Of a stretch of 64,000 nt of DNA, positions 47,575-60,288 are shown one piece after another (position 1 is the stretch's first letter; each line of letters starts with the position of its first letter). Below the pieces are notes generated by a model. It was not told the DNA's origin. It was given only the letters and a program-made list of their open reading frames with translations, and made no database searches. A program made the position numbers and the translations under genes. Origin of the DNA: Lepidodermella squamata (Eukaryota; Animalia; Gastrotricha); assembly GCA_047495785.1 (NCBI GenBank), contig JBLDXI010000033.1, positions 1,674,001 to 1,738,000 on the forward strand, written 5' to 3'.

Positions 47575-48219
47575 AGCCTGTTGCTGAGCGCCCAGTTCGG
47601 AGAAACGCACAATGTTCGGAAAATTCTAGATTCCGAACTAGTCGATGTCAACGCACGGGATCGATGGTACGGACATACTGCTCTGTTTGAAGCCGCTATT
47701 TACGGCCATGCGGAAACAGTTCAGCTATTATTAGATCGAGGTGCCTTGCCAGATGGTAGCCAAACGTATGGCGATAGATTTTCACCTCTCGTTGTAGCAG
47801 CATATGAAGGCTATTCGGAAATTGTCGAAATCTTGCTAAATACTACTATCGATATTCATACAACAGACCTATTCGGAATGTCGGCTCTTCACGCCGCTGG
47901 ACTTAATGCCCATCTTCGGCAGCTTTTAGGTCAGGACGAAATCAAAACAAAGCGAGACTGCGATACGACTTTAATGCTTTCAAAGGCTGTTAAACGTAAT
48001 TTGGACGTAGCGAAAGATTTCAGTAAAAATTCGGTCGATGCCGGTTTCTTGGTTGCGCACGGCGTGTGCAAATCGGGATATGAAGCTGCGTACAATTTAC
48101 TGGTGAGTCGCGGAGCTGGTTGGCTGAGCCCTAAGGATGGATCGACGGCCGCTTGTACTATCAAGCCAAAGTTCCTACTCAGCAGAATGCTTATTCATCG
48201 CTTCAGACAAGTTCAATAG
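47575..48219 (+). CDS. Ankyrin-repeat protein (5' exons unresolved)
   Basis: GHTALFEAAIYGHAETVQLLLDRGA, SPLVVAAYEGYSEIVEILL, GMSALHAA. Confidence 0.75.
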   Translation, partial: SLLLSAQFGETHNVRKILDSELVDVNARDRWYGHTALFEAAIYGHAETVQLLLDRGALPDGSQTYGDRFSPLVVAAYEGYSEIVEILLNTTIDIHTTDLFGMSALHAAGLNAHLRQLLGQDEIKTKRDCDTTLMLSKAVKRNLDVAKDFSKNSVDAGFLVAHGVCKSGYEAAYNLLVSRGAGWLSPKDGSTAACTIKPKFLLSRMLIHRFRQVQ

Positions 48220-48350
48220 AATCCAGCAGAAATAATTTTACTGTCATTTACAAAATATCACAGAAAATCCTGACAGATCCAACTACTAATACTTCATATA
48301 ATATCAACAGCGAAATAAGCTTTGTCAATTTTAGATGAAATATTTTTGGT

Positions 48351-48860
48351 TTAATAAATTGAACTGGTTATCTTTTGCCCGTAAGATTTCGCTTGGCGCC
48401 AATATTTGAAGAAAGATTTTGAAACAGGCTCGTAGAATTCGTAGAATTTCTCGCCGAAATCTTGCGATATTGGCGCGAGGCGTCGAAACAGCAGGGCAAC
48501 ACTTGGGTACAGGTAATCAACGACGCGAATCAGCTGGTCGTACATGTAGTTGATGGATTTGATGACTGGTTTATGCAAATTAGCTTTACGAAACCACTTC
48601 ATCGTCGTTGTTCGCTCGTAGTTGCACCTGGATGATAGCATGTCGCAGCAGAAGGCTACGAATAACAGAAAAATGGAAATTCGAAGGACGAAGAAAAAAT
48701 TGCTCCAGAATGACGACGCTTTCTTTGCTGGTTTTGTTTCAACTTTATTCGCAGCAGCCGCAGGTGATGGCGCTTTTGTATCGGCTAATGCTGAAGGTTT
48801 TTCAGGAGATCCTTCCTTTTTCGCCCGCTTGCGGAGCTGCGACTCACTGGTAGCCGACAT
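48351..48860 (-). CDS. Small single-pass membrane protein (~169 aa)
   Basis: Basic N-terminus (QLRKRAKK), TM FFFVLRISIFLLFVAFCC, aromatic amphipathic C-terminus; convergent with the ankyrin gene. Confidence 0.6.
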   Translation of the reverse strand: MSATSESQLRKRAKKEGSPEKPSALADTKAPSPAAAANKVETKPAKKASSFWSNFFFVLRISIFLLFVAFCCDMLSSRCNYERTTTMKWFRKANLHKPVIKSINYMYDQLIRVVDYLYPSVALLFRRLAPISQDFGEKFYEFYEPVSKSFFKYWRQAKSYGQKITSSIY

Positions 48861-49148
48861 GGCAATTTTGGCTAAAAATACGAAATTTTTCAAGTCGTGC
48901 TGCAATATATGCGTATATGCCTCAGAATAAAATGCATATGTTGTGATTCATGGGTAATTTTCGGAGGGTGTCTCTAAGAGACAGGTGTAAATAAAGCGAG
49001 GTTTCTAGAAAAGACTCGTCTTTACCCCATTCATTCATAGAAAAGAAAGCAAGCGTGTCAATGTAAAAGAATCACCTTAGCGTCGAGGAAAGGCGGCAGC
49101 CGTCAATTTTGAAACTTGAAAAATTTAAAATCAAAGAATATAGATTAG

Positions 49149-49435
49149 CAGAATATCTTTTAGCGGAACCAAATTCACGGTGAGCGTAACCTAATTTGCA
49201 TATTGCGGAAATGTGCCAAATTGTGATTTTAAAATAATTTTAAGAATTTGGGCGATTGCTGATATCTAAAGTGAACGCTGCGTCTTGCACAGAATTTTAA
49301 GCTGAATTTTAAAATAATTTAGTCAGAATTACGAGAGCTTATAATAACATATTTGAAAGTTCTTTCAGGCCCAAAAATTGGTTCGCTTATACAGGCAACT
49401 TTGGTTCCGCAACAGAAAATTAGGTTCCGCAACAG
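49149..49435. repeat. Degenerate palindromic repeat, related copy at ~42355-42402
   Basis: cagaatatcttttagcggaaccaaatt at 49149 is a near reverse complement of tttggttccgctaaagatattctg at ~42378; ggttccgc recurs inverted at 49400-49432. Confidence 0.5.
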
Positions 49436-52400
49436 GAGGACCCATAGACATGTCAACTGACAGAGCTTTTCAGGTAGCGGGCAGCGGATATCATTTTTGA
49501 CTGAAAGCATCGTTTTGCCGGTTTGAGAGCAGAGTTTACAACAATCGGTTTCATAATATTCATAATGTGTCCATAACATTTTTTTGATTTTCCGATGTTG
49601 AGGAAACCGAAGTCGATATACTGCTTGAAGAGCAAACAATACGTCTGTGGATAGTTGATCAATTTAGGTCCAATGTGTGTCTCATCCATTCCGAGGAATT
49701 TATTTACAATTTATTTACAGTTGATCTTCAACATTTTTCTGTAAAAAACACGTTATTCCCTTTGCCAGTATAGGGGCGTTTCATTGGGTAGCGTACAAAT
49801 TGCTCCAGACTAGCATCGGCCGAAGCTGAATAGATTTATTTCTAGGTAAAAAAACCAAACGACGTAATTTAGCTATTTTTCCGACGCCCCTTTGACGCAG
49901 ATTGTTTTTTTTACATTTTTTGCAACTGCGCACTTTGGCTGCTTCTGATTGATATCTGGCTAATTTTTTTTTACTTTGGGATACCCCTTTCATTTTTTAT
50001 TCCCATTTTCGACCCCAGCACGCAAACATTGCTTTGTAGGGAATTCTACCTTCCTACCTCATTGATTTTCGTCGCTGTTCAAGCCGCCATCGTCTTCGCT
50101 TGAGAACTTACTGCCATGAATAATTAATAGCATTTCCTGCCCTATTCGATGCAGTTGAGTCCACGCGAGAAAAATATATTATATACAAGCAAACAAGCAA
50201 GTAGGTATATTTTTCCCTTCCATGATCGATGCTCATAGCTGTTGTGAATGCTCTCACCTGTGCCAAGCAACAAGCCCCGTCCTCCGGAAGCTATCGTTCC
50301 TGAAGTCCACGGAACCTAATTAAACGCAACTTCCTTCTCCAAATTAGAAAAATATTTTTATACAAGTCGCATTTATATACCAATCAATAGCTTTTTGTCG
50401 CGAAACTTGCGGTTATATAACAAAAATGATTTCGGAAGCCGAACTTAACAGCTTGCCGTTGACAATAACGACAATACCAGCCGGAAATCATCGTAAGACA
50501 AATAAATTGTTACGAAAATATCATCTCAGGCCTTCTGTTTTAGTAACCCAGCTCGGGATGTTTCCAATCTATCCATTCCAAACGCAACTGGCCGAAGAAG
50601 CACGAGCCCTGGTAACGATATTTTTTATGGGTAAAGTATGGCCTATCATTCCTTAATATACAGGCTGTCGGCCAAAACCCTCCATCATTTTACAACTGTG
50701 AAGCGATCAAGACAAATGGCGATTATTCGCATCACTATCAAAGTTTAGGTAGATGGCTCAATTTCCACTGAAATCGCTCACTTTTTGCTAATTTTTTCAG
50801 CGCGCCTCGATGACTGGCGTCAAGAAAGACCTGGGCAATTCGTTTTGAGGCAGACCACTGTCGGTCACTATGCGCAGAAATTTTTGACGGACAACCCGAA
50901 AGGCCAGCCATTTGTTACTTACGATTCGAATATCGGAAAAAGCTCGAACAACGCTTGCTATTAACGCCATCGCGTGATAATTGAAGTCTTTTGTTTTTTT
51001 TCAGCTGCCGTGATTTATAATTTCAGGATTTTTTTATTTTGCAAATAACCACCTGTTTTTGAAACGCGTGATATAAAAAAAAAAGGCGGAATAAATCGAG
51101 AGTCTCGCACTTTTTACTTTTGTATGTTCTGTTTCTGCTGCATCGTGTATGAAAATAATAATATGCTCAGTCTAATATACAGTAGTTTTGTAAATTTCAT
51201 CCATCATCCATCATCAACATCGCCATAAATAGATTTTTACATACTGAATGATGTTGAAATAATAACGACGGTTAAAATGATAAAACAATATAATGTTGTT
51301 GATTCTTCAAGTTAGAAGTTAAATATAACTGCGATAAATATATAAATGAATTGTTTCAACAAACATAACACGCGCGTATACAGTCGTTGGTAGTTATTTG
51401 TCATCTCGATCACTAGAGAGCGCAAGAAAAGTTTTAGATAACAAGGCGATTTTTACTAAATTTGAAAATATATTGGCGCTTTCTTATATTATCACCTCGT
51501 AAATTTACGTCTCCTATGCACCTGTTTTAACGATTTCTATTCATTTTTTTATTCCTCTATATAGTCAGGGTGGCCAACAAATTCTCAAATTCGTGCGTAT
51601 TTTCAGTGTGAGCGCTATAAATTGTTCTGCCTAAAATTTTATAGATGACGAGGCAGAAAAAAATTCATGTCTTATAATTTTTCTCGAATCAAACAAAATT
51701 TTACAGTGAAGAAGTTATCAAACAGCAGGCAGGAGGTCGCAAAAGTTTGCAAATGCTTGAGATTTGCTTGAAAAAAGATGATGGCCTAAAAAACATGAAC
51801 AAGTTGAAATTGAGACGAAGAGATGAAATAGGTAGGCATGAACAAAAAGGCCGGAGGTATCGGCTACATTCAACTTATATTTCCGTGCGAAGCAACACTG
51901 GTGTTAGTTAATTTTTTTTATATTTAGAGAGGCAGCGAAATTTCATTCTGCTAAAATATAAGTTTTTTTGTTAAGGATCTGGAAAACGTTATTTATTTAA
52001 TAGTAAACGGATTTTCATAAAATCAATCACACCTTATAGGACTGTTTCGCGAATATCATCTTCGACTTGCTATCGACACGTTTGATTCAAGATAAAACAG
52101 TCAACTATGAGACGAAAAATTTTAATTTTTTTTCAATGTATAATGAATTTTAACGAAAGACGTCTATTATTATATCGTGCGCTGATATAATTATTTTTTA
52201 ACGGTATTATTCTCTTTCTCTCTTCAACTAAAACTGCTTCCGATATTTTTTTCGTCCGATCTTCACGATTTTTTTCACACATTATGAGCTGATGATATTA
52301 TAGACTTTAAGAGATGAAAAAAACTAAGAAGTAATGACGTACATGATGTTGCGGAAGCCCCAATAGTGTACGCGTGTGTATATAACAAAGCGTTTGCGAA

Positions 52401-52946
52401 GACTGAATATTATATAAGTACAAGATTTTTTGTTGTTGTCCACAAGTGCGCGCGATTTTCTTCGTATACTATATAAACGGCCGTGTGTTTTTTATTCATC
52501 ATCTCTTAAATCGCGCCCGTAACCAGCAGCAGCAGCAGAACGTACACTGAAACATCGTTATCATGATAAGGCCGATGAAACAAATCAACCGTGAAATGCA
52601 ATGGAGCGAGAAAGTAGAGGATTGAAAAATAGGGCGAGTAGTTGTTATTATATTATTTAAATATAACCCGGTTAAATTTAGCGTAGTGTAGCATACTTTT
52701 TTTTACAATCATTTCTTCTGTGCTATAGAAATTTTATTGTAGTAGTATTAGTAAGTTGTAATAAATTTTCGAAGAAGAAGAAGAAGACGTGATAGCGAAA
52801 AGCAATTTTGTATTAAATATGACGTAGTTGTTAAATTTGTCTAGCGTAAACTGATTCCAACTCAATTCAGCGTGCGATCGATATCGAATTTGTTGACTGG
52901 GTGCTCACGTGTGCTCTCCGCGCGGATGTAATAAAAAGTTGTTCAA

Positions 52947-55900
52947 TCAATGCTGGTGCGGATTCGGGGTCGGCGTCACACTGCCGTCCTTCGCCTCTTG
53001 TTGCTGCTGTGACTGCTGCTCCTCCATCTGCGAGTGGTAGTAATTGCGGTTCTCCTCCAGCTGGTCGAGTATTTCCTGCGCGTCCGGCTGCACCAGCTCG
53101 GCCCACGTCTCCCACAACGGGTGTACGATGTAGTCGATGAAGCCGACCTGCGACTTTTCAACGTTCGCGTTGTGCCGGTCGCACATCGGGCTGATTTCGA
53201 GCTTCAGCCGCCGCTCGACGTCGCCCTGGTTCCAGAACTCGTTCATGATGCGCCGCACCCACTCCTTGTATATCACGAGCGGCTTCGTCGGATTGCTTAA
53301 ATCGCCGCAGTGTATCAGATTTTGCAGCACGGTCATCTTGTCCGTATAATTGTCGAGGATGATCACGCCCGAAGAAGTCACCTTCTTCGTCTCCACCATA
53401 GTCTTGAGATCCGCCAGCAAAGACATGTGCTAAAAAATTAAAATAAAAAAGTTAATAAAATTTAAATCTTGAAAAAGGTTCAACATTGAAATTTCAAATT
53501 TCAATAAAAATTCAAAGAAATTGAAATTGAAATAAAAAATCCACTAAAATTTCAGAAAATTTCAAAAACTTCAAAATTTAAAATTAAGGAAGATTTCACA
53601 AATAAATATTTTAAATTTTAAATTTTCAAATATTTTTCCAATTTTTTGTTAATTTTCAAAAATTTCAAATTTAATAAAAAATTAAAGAAATTAATTTAAA
53701 TTAAATTAAAAATTGGGTGTGCCAACTGCACCTACCTAAATAAAGACTCCAGCACTAAATTTGGAGCTCCAGCACTAAATTTGAAAGTCGCTCCCACTAA
53801 TCCTATTTAGGACTAAATAAGCAACTCTAGCACTAAATATACAAAGCCACCACCTAATTCATGGATAGGAATGCCATCATGTCGCACTGGCGAGGCCGCT
53901 GGATAGCAGTTACTTCGAGGATCAGCCAAGCGACCGGGGGCCTATTCCCTGTACCCTATCCCCAAGCAAGATGAATCAACCATGAAAAATTCCACACTAA
54001 GTAACCACAAATTTGGTTGTAATGTTATTCCGCCGCTAATCGCAAGCAGGTTCACGCATCACTGGCAGGTCAAAGGTCAAAAGTTTGCCAGGCCGTAAAA
54101 AATAAGCTCCTATGCAAATAAGGCAGGGTGTTGAAATCTAAGTTACGTTGAGAAGGCCTCTTTTAGGAGGGAAGCATTAGTCTACCATAGTCTACCATAG
54201 CCATGGGCAAATACTATTTTAGTCTTTGCTACTAGCCGCTCGCCTCCTGCAGAAACGCGACGTGGCAAATCATGACAGTCCCATCTCTATCCTATCCATT
54301 TCATAAGGTAAAAGCCGTCTGTTACCATTATTGCGCAACGCCTAACCTTTAAACAATGACTGCGATAATAGAGATTGCAATGTCTCAATTAGCTCTAAAT
54401 ATATTATTGAAGCTCTGATAAGTTTTCGGAAGAAGCCACCGAAATACAGTCCATACTGTAACTCAGTGTCCCACCATGATGGTCCCGCGTAAAAGAGCCA
54501 ATGGCGGCGTTCGGAGCAAAGTTGTCGGCAGTGAGCAAAAGAGTGTATCATAACGCGATGCTAATCTCAACGTCATGGCTCATTTGCATAATAGGCCTTA
54601 TTTTCATGTCTGGCATTAAGCACTCAAGCTAAAATTTCAGAATCTTCATTTTTATTTAAAGTTGAATTTCTCAAAACGGATATAGAACATGCATATAGAA
54701 CGCGAGCTGCTCTTTCTCGTGGTACAAGATTTGAGGTAGGCAACCCAACTGTTGTGACGATACAAAAACCGCTTTTTTACTACGATTTCATTTATTTTGA
54801 TGAGATCAAGACTGAGGAGCAATTGCCCACCTCAAATCTTATATATACCACATGAAAGAGCAGCTCGCGTTCTACATGCTTTCAAAATTTGTTGAACAAT
54901 GGAGAAGCGCTCAATATAATAAGGCAAATGAAAATTTCAGCTTGAGTGCTTATTCTGGTGACTTTTTCTCTATGGGAATAAGGTAAAACCCTAAGCATGC
55001 ATGGTCTGAAGACGCGTGGTCGAGAATGCCTGAGAGCCTCACCTGGTCTTAACAGCAGTAATAGACACTGAATGCTGATATTTAGTGCTGGAACTCATAT
55101 TTAGGTGCCCAAATAATTTAGTGTAAGCTGTTTGCAAATTAGGTAAACGTACTCTCAAATTTAGTGCTGGAACCTTATTTTAGGTGGTGCACTTATTTAG
55201 ACCCTTAAAAATTACCTTTGACATATCGGTTGCCAGCACCATATCTATCGTGAGCTTTCGAATTTGTTGGCGCTGTTTCGTGGTCAATCCTGTAAAAATA
55301 TCACAGCCGTCCTCGCGCAGAAGAGCGAACGCCACCGCGAGATGGTGGTTCTCCAACACGGAGATGTCATTATATAAAATAGCGAGATCGTGGCCTAGAA
55401 TGCAAAAAAATGTGTTGAATAAACAATAATTGATGGAATAATTGCTCAAGTTTGGCTTACAAGTGTTCACCAGGTATTGATTAATGAGGCCCGGATGGTC
55501 CACATCGTGAATGGCGCTAGCAAATAGCACAGCCAATATTTCGATATCAAAGAATACGTTTTGCAATGCATCGGCATTTAACAAGGCATGAACGGTTTGT
55601 AGCACGTCGGCAGCATGTTGGCTGTTGTGATAGGCGACGGCCGTTTCAGGCCGGTACCGATCCTCAAGGCGCGTGATAAATTGAAGAAAGCGCGTTGGCA
55701 GAATCGCAAACTTTGTCAGCAAATCTCGCTTCTGTAATTGACAAAAAAATCACAAAAATTATTAAAAAAATAAACTATAATAAAATAATTTAAAATTAGA
55801 ATTGATTTATTTTTATTTATTCTAAATTCCGAAATTCAAAAAATAGAAATAAATAATTCCTTAAAATTTCAAAACTTCAAATGTTGAATAAATCAGAATT

Positions 55901-58900
55901 CAGGCCAAGGGAAAACTGAGTTCTGATTTCATGTTAAATCTCTCTATATTATTGAACAACATCGTTTTCCGTTCCCTCAAGGAATTCTCATCGAGAACGA
56001 GAAAAAAATTAGCCATTTAGCCTATTGGTTTTTTTGGCACGCAGCATGAATTATTGATGAATCCAAGTACAACAAAGTCTGATAATCCATTCACTAGTAA
56101 TATCCCTTGTACCTAGGCCTATTTTTAGCATTTAATGGGTTTTTGTTTAAATAAAGACTTCCTCTACTGCTCGTGTAAGATTAGTTTCGGTAAAAATGGA
56201 AAAAATTAAAAAAAAAATTAAAAACCTTGAAAATGTGATAGGAAGCAGCAGTAAGTGGTCGACCGGCAGCGCACTTGGAGAGGCTGAAGATATCGGGCCC
56301 CCATCTGTCGAGCGTAGGCAGCAGCTCCTCGAGCTGTGCCATTTGAGCCTCGCTCTCGAACTGAATGCCGAAGCGCGCGATGCTGTTCGACACGAGCGTC
56401 ACCGAGGGCCGCGACGCGATCGACTGCGGCGCCGGCGTCGCACTGGCGGCGCCCGACGACGCGCCCGACGACAGGCCCTCGTCGGCGCTGCTGTTCGTCG
56501 CGTCGAGGTCGTTGTTCGTCTCGAGGAATGTCGACACGATGTAGTTGGTCACCTGGTTGCCGGAGCCCTGGTTGCCGCCGCCTTTACTCGAGAAGTTGGA
56601 CAGCTCGCGGTTCAGCATCTGGCGGAACTTGACCGTCGCCATGTCGGCGACGCTGCGCCGCGCGTGCACCTGCTCGAGCTGCTCGAGACACCACTGCAGC
56701 TCGTCGAACGTCTCCGCCGCCGTCGCCAGGTACTCGTCGTCGATGAGCACGGAAGTGTTCAGCGGGTCGGCCTGCGGGCACTGCGACGGGTCGATGTGCG
56801 ACAGCTGGCCAACGGCCGTAGCACCGCCTTTCAGCGCCTGCGCCTGCCGCACGCCCGACTTGGTGCGCCCGAGCGGCAGCCGCGTCAGTTGCATATAGTT
56901 CGTCCGCACGTTGCGCAAACTCGCCAGAATCTGCGCGAACGGCGTCACAATCAAGTCGTCCCCATGCCTGCACAATAAAAAAATGCCACGCGTTAACAAA
57001 ACCACAGAAAAACGAAGAGACAGGAGGTTAGTTGGGTTGGCTATTTTTTAAGGAGGATTTTTTATTAGTGCTATTTTTTCTGTTTTACTCCTATCCTCGC
57101 GCTAAAACCTAAAATCACGCCCGAGCCTTGTCCTGGACTTGCCAATGGGAGTCGGGGTCATTAGGATCAAACCCGTGGTGATGCGTTGACGGCATGTCGT
57201 GCATCTCGCGGTGCATCTGCTGCTGGGCGCCCGAACTGCGCGCCAACGCGGCCCGGTCCGACACGAAGATGGTCTGGCGACGGCGCCGCATCGCCGCATT
57301 CCGATCGGCTGGCGCGCCCAGGGCGCCGGCGAACCGCGACGGCACATCAAGCGCCGATGAGCCAGCCGGCGATGTCGGCGCTTCCGAGCTGCGGCCCGGC
57401 CGGAAGAAGAAGTCTTTGCGTGGGGTCGGCGGGCTCTTCTCCGACGCTTTGTCGTCGTCCTCCTCGTTATGCGAGTCCTCGTCGTCGTGCGGCAACGGCA
57501 GCAGCGGCCGCCGTTCCGCGTTTAACGACGGCGACATCGAGGTTGGCGGCGTCCTAGCGCCCTGTTTGATATCTTCAGCCCGGCGGTGTTTTAAAATACC
57601 GGTCGGCGCAGGGGTGGCAGTTGGTGTGACTGTTTCTGAAGGCGGGGACACCACCGCCGGCTTACTACTACTTTGAGCTGGCGGCGGGCCACCTTGCAGT
57701 AACCGAGAGGCTACGTTACCGGCTCCGGACATGGCTACAGTAGCAGGGTGTCCGGTGATAGCGCGGCTAACGCGATTGTTCAGCAGAGGCGATGAGTTTG
57801 GCGAGGGTGAGCCAGAAGAGCCCAGAATCGATCGAATCGGCGTGAAAACCGGGGGAGAAGGCGATTTATTACTATTGTTATTACTACTAAGAGCAGTTTT
57901 GTTGCTAGGCGACGGCGAGACGGATCCCACCGAAGACGAGCCTGTTGTCGTGAAGGTCGCCGAGATTCTCGACGACGTCGACGAAGAGGCTGAGGCTGAA
58001 GTAGAGGCGGGCGTTGCCGGCGGTCTGCTGTCAGCAGGCGTCGTTTGTAGAATGCTGCGAATAGGCGGTGGGCGATTTGGCACCGGCGCCGGCGATGATG
58101 ACGACGACGGCGGTCCCTGATCGCCGTTCATAGCAGCTAGTGACTAGATTATACGGCCCTATGGTTGGTTACTGGCGTTATGCAAAACTCAATCGCAATG
58201 GATGTCTTGGTATCGACACGAAATAAATATGTAGTAAAGGATAGATGTACGACACGAAAAAAATTCCCGCGCGGCGCTTCGCTGGTGTTCTGGCGCTTGT
58301 AGTGTTGTGTATAAACACGCAGCAGCCGCAGCAGCAGCGGTCAAAAATGAAGACAACGACGACGCCGACGACGACGAGAGTAATCGCAGGCTAGGCCTCG
58401 TCGATGAGTTGCCGAGCTGATTGAGGCAGCGTCGTTCGATGCGAGTGCTCTCTCTCTCGCGCTCGCTCGCTCTCGCTTGGCCTTTTTTTATTTCGTATTC
58501 GGCGCGCGTGTATTTCGCAGTCCCGTGTTGTACACGCGGCGTTTATCTGTCAATTTTTCTCGCTAATATATTTTTTTTGCTCCACAGTATAAGCAGCGAG
58601 TGTTATTATTCTATTTCGCCGCGCCCGATATCGATTGATTGGCCGTATTGCAGAAACGGCAGTGAGGCGAGTCGTCGTCGTTATTGTAGTAGAAGACGAA
58701 GTAGTAGCCTGGCGAGGAGCGGAGGAGACGCGCCGCAGCAGCAGGCACAATGGCGATACGACAGCGATACGGGCGTAGAAAAAACGAATGGCGACTGATT
58801 GAGTGACTGACTGACTGACTGACTGCAGCGATCGCGCAGTCCTAGGCCGACGATTGCGCCAACGAGCGAACAGCGGCACCAGTAACGGCGGCGCCGGCCG

Positions 58901-60254
58901 CGGCGCTGCTGTGATCAGCCGACTTTGTGTTCGAAAACGCCATCATCGTGATCATCGTAAAAAATAAGCGGCTCTCGGGATATAAATAACTTCTAATAGG
59001 GTTATTTTTATTTTTCTACTCGACACATAAAAGTTTTTTAAAAGCTGCGGATCGACATATCCAGAACACACGGACATAGATAGATAGAGATACACAGAGG
59101 GTAGCCAGAATCGCGTTATCGAATATATGCATCTTCAAAATCTACCAGTGGCGCGTGAAAAACAACGCAGTGTCAAATGATCAATGCGGAAATGCGGCGC
59201 TAAAGAGTCGCGCTGGTAAACACGCGACTATCACGTTAAATCTTCGATACCAGAAAAATAAAGCAGAAGAAGAATGATTGCGCGGGGTAGATTTGCCCAA
59301 ATACGGCTAAAAACACGCACCTATTTTTGCGGGCCGAAAAAATTCTTATGATGGCCTGCGCGGAAAATATGATTTTTTCAAGAAAATTATTCGTGTTATT
59401 ATACGCAAACACGAAAGCAGCAACCACTCGATTTTCTGGCCGAGCGTATTATTATAATGAAAACAAGACGCGCGCTAGCCTGTTAGCGATACTTATAGGC
59501 GTGCCCTTCTAAATTGGAACGTGTTCGCGGGTTAAAATGGCCCGCCGCATTACGGCGTCATCGACGGAGCTTTCACAGCCACTTTAATATAGGTATCGAT
59601 ATAGTTTCAATAACAGCAAAAAAATAAGCAGGCTTGGATCTGTTACTTCTCCTGCCTGAGAATGAGTGGTAGGGAACAAGACGAAGACGCGGATCAGGCA
59701 TGAGCAGGGGAAGAACGCGGCGGCGCCTGAAACGCTAAAAAGCACCACCACGATCACCACACGGCGGCGGCTCGGCTGCTGCGAAACTGAAATGTAATTA
59801 CTGCGGCGCTTTTGTTTTGCATCACTAAGTGGCTGATCGTCGGAAGTCGATTCGGCGGCGAAGAAGAAGAAGAAGAAGCCGCAGCAACAAGAAAAAATGC
59901 GCGCACGCCAATTCTTTCGCGATAGAAGAGGAGTACGAACGTAGTATCGAAGTATGGAGGTGTGCTTTACATATCGTTATTAAACACCGCAACTCTATTG
60001 GACCGAGTTTTCGCTATAATATTGTTTTCGCACACGGAGATTTCTTTAATAAAAACTGGGAAATAATAAATCGTAATATTTTTTAGTGTATTAACAATAG
60101 CCCAGTGTGGCGAGGCTTTCCCAAATAATAATAATAAATAATGCGGTAAAATATATACGTATAATACATGTGATGTATAAATTCAACCGCGAACTGCAGC
60201 AGCAGCGAATGAGTGAGAACCTCTACCGTGGCCGTAGTAGTCTCCGTAGTAGAT

Positions 60255-60288
<34 letters not shown>

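Noticed and set aside
49900-52940. Long AT-rich gene-free stretch
   Set aside because: Consistent with PDE4 3' UTR or intergenic DNA; short ORFs lack support.
56196-58120. Plus-strand ORFs over PDE4 exons
   Set aside because: GC-rich antisense shadows of real minus-strand exons.
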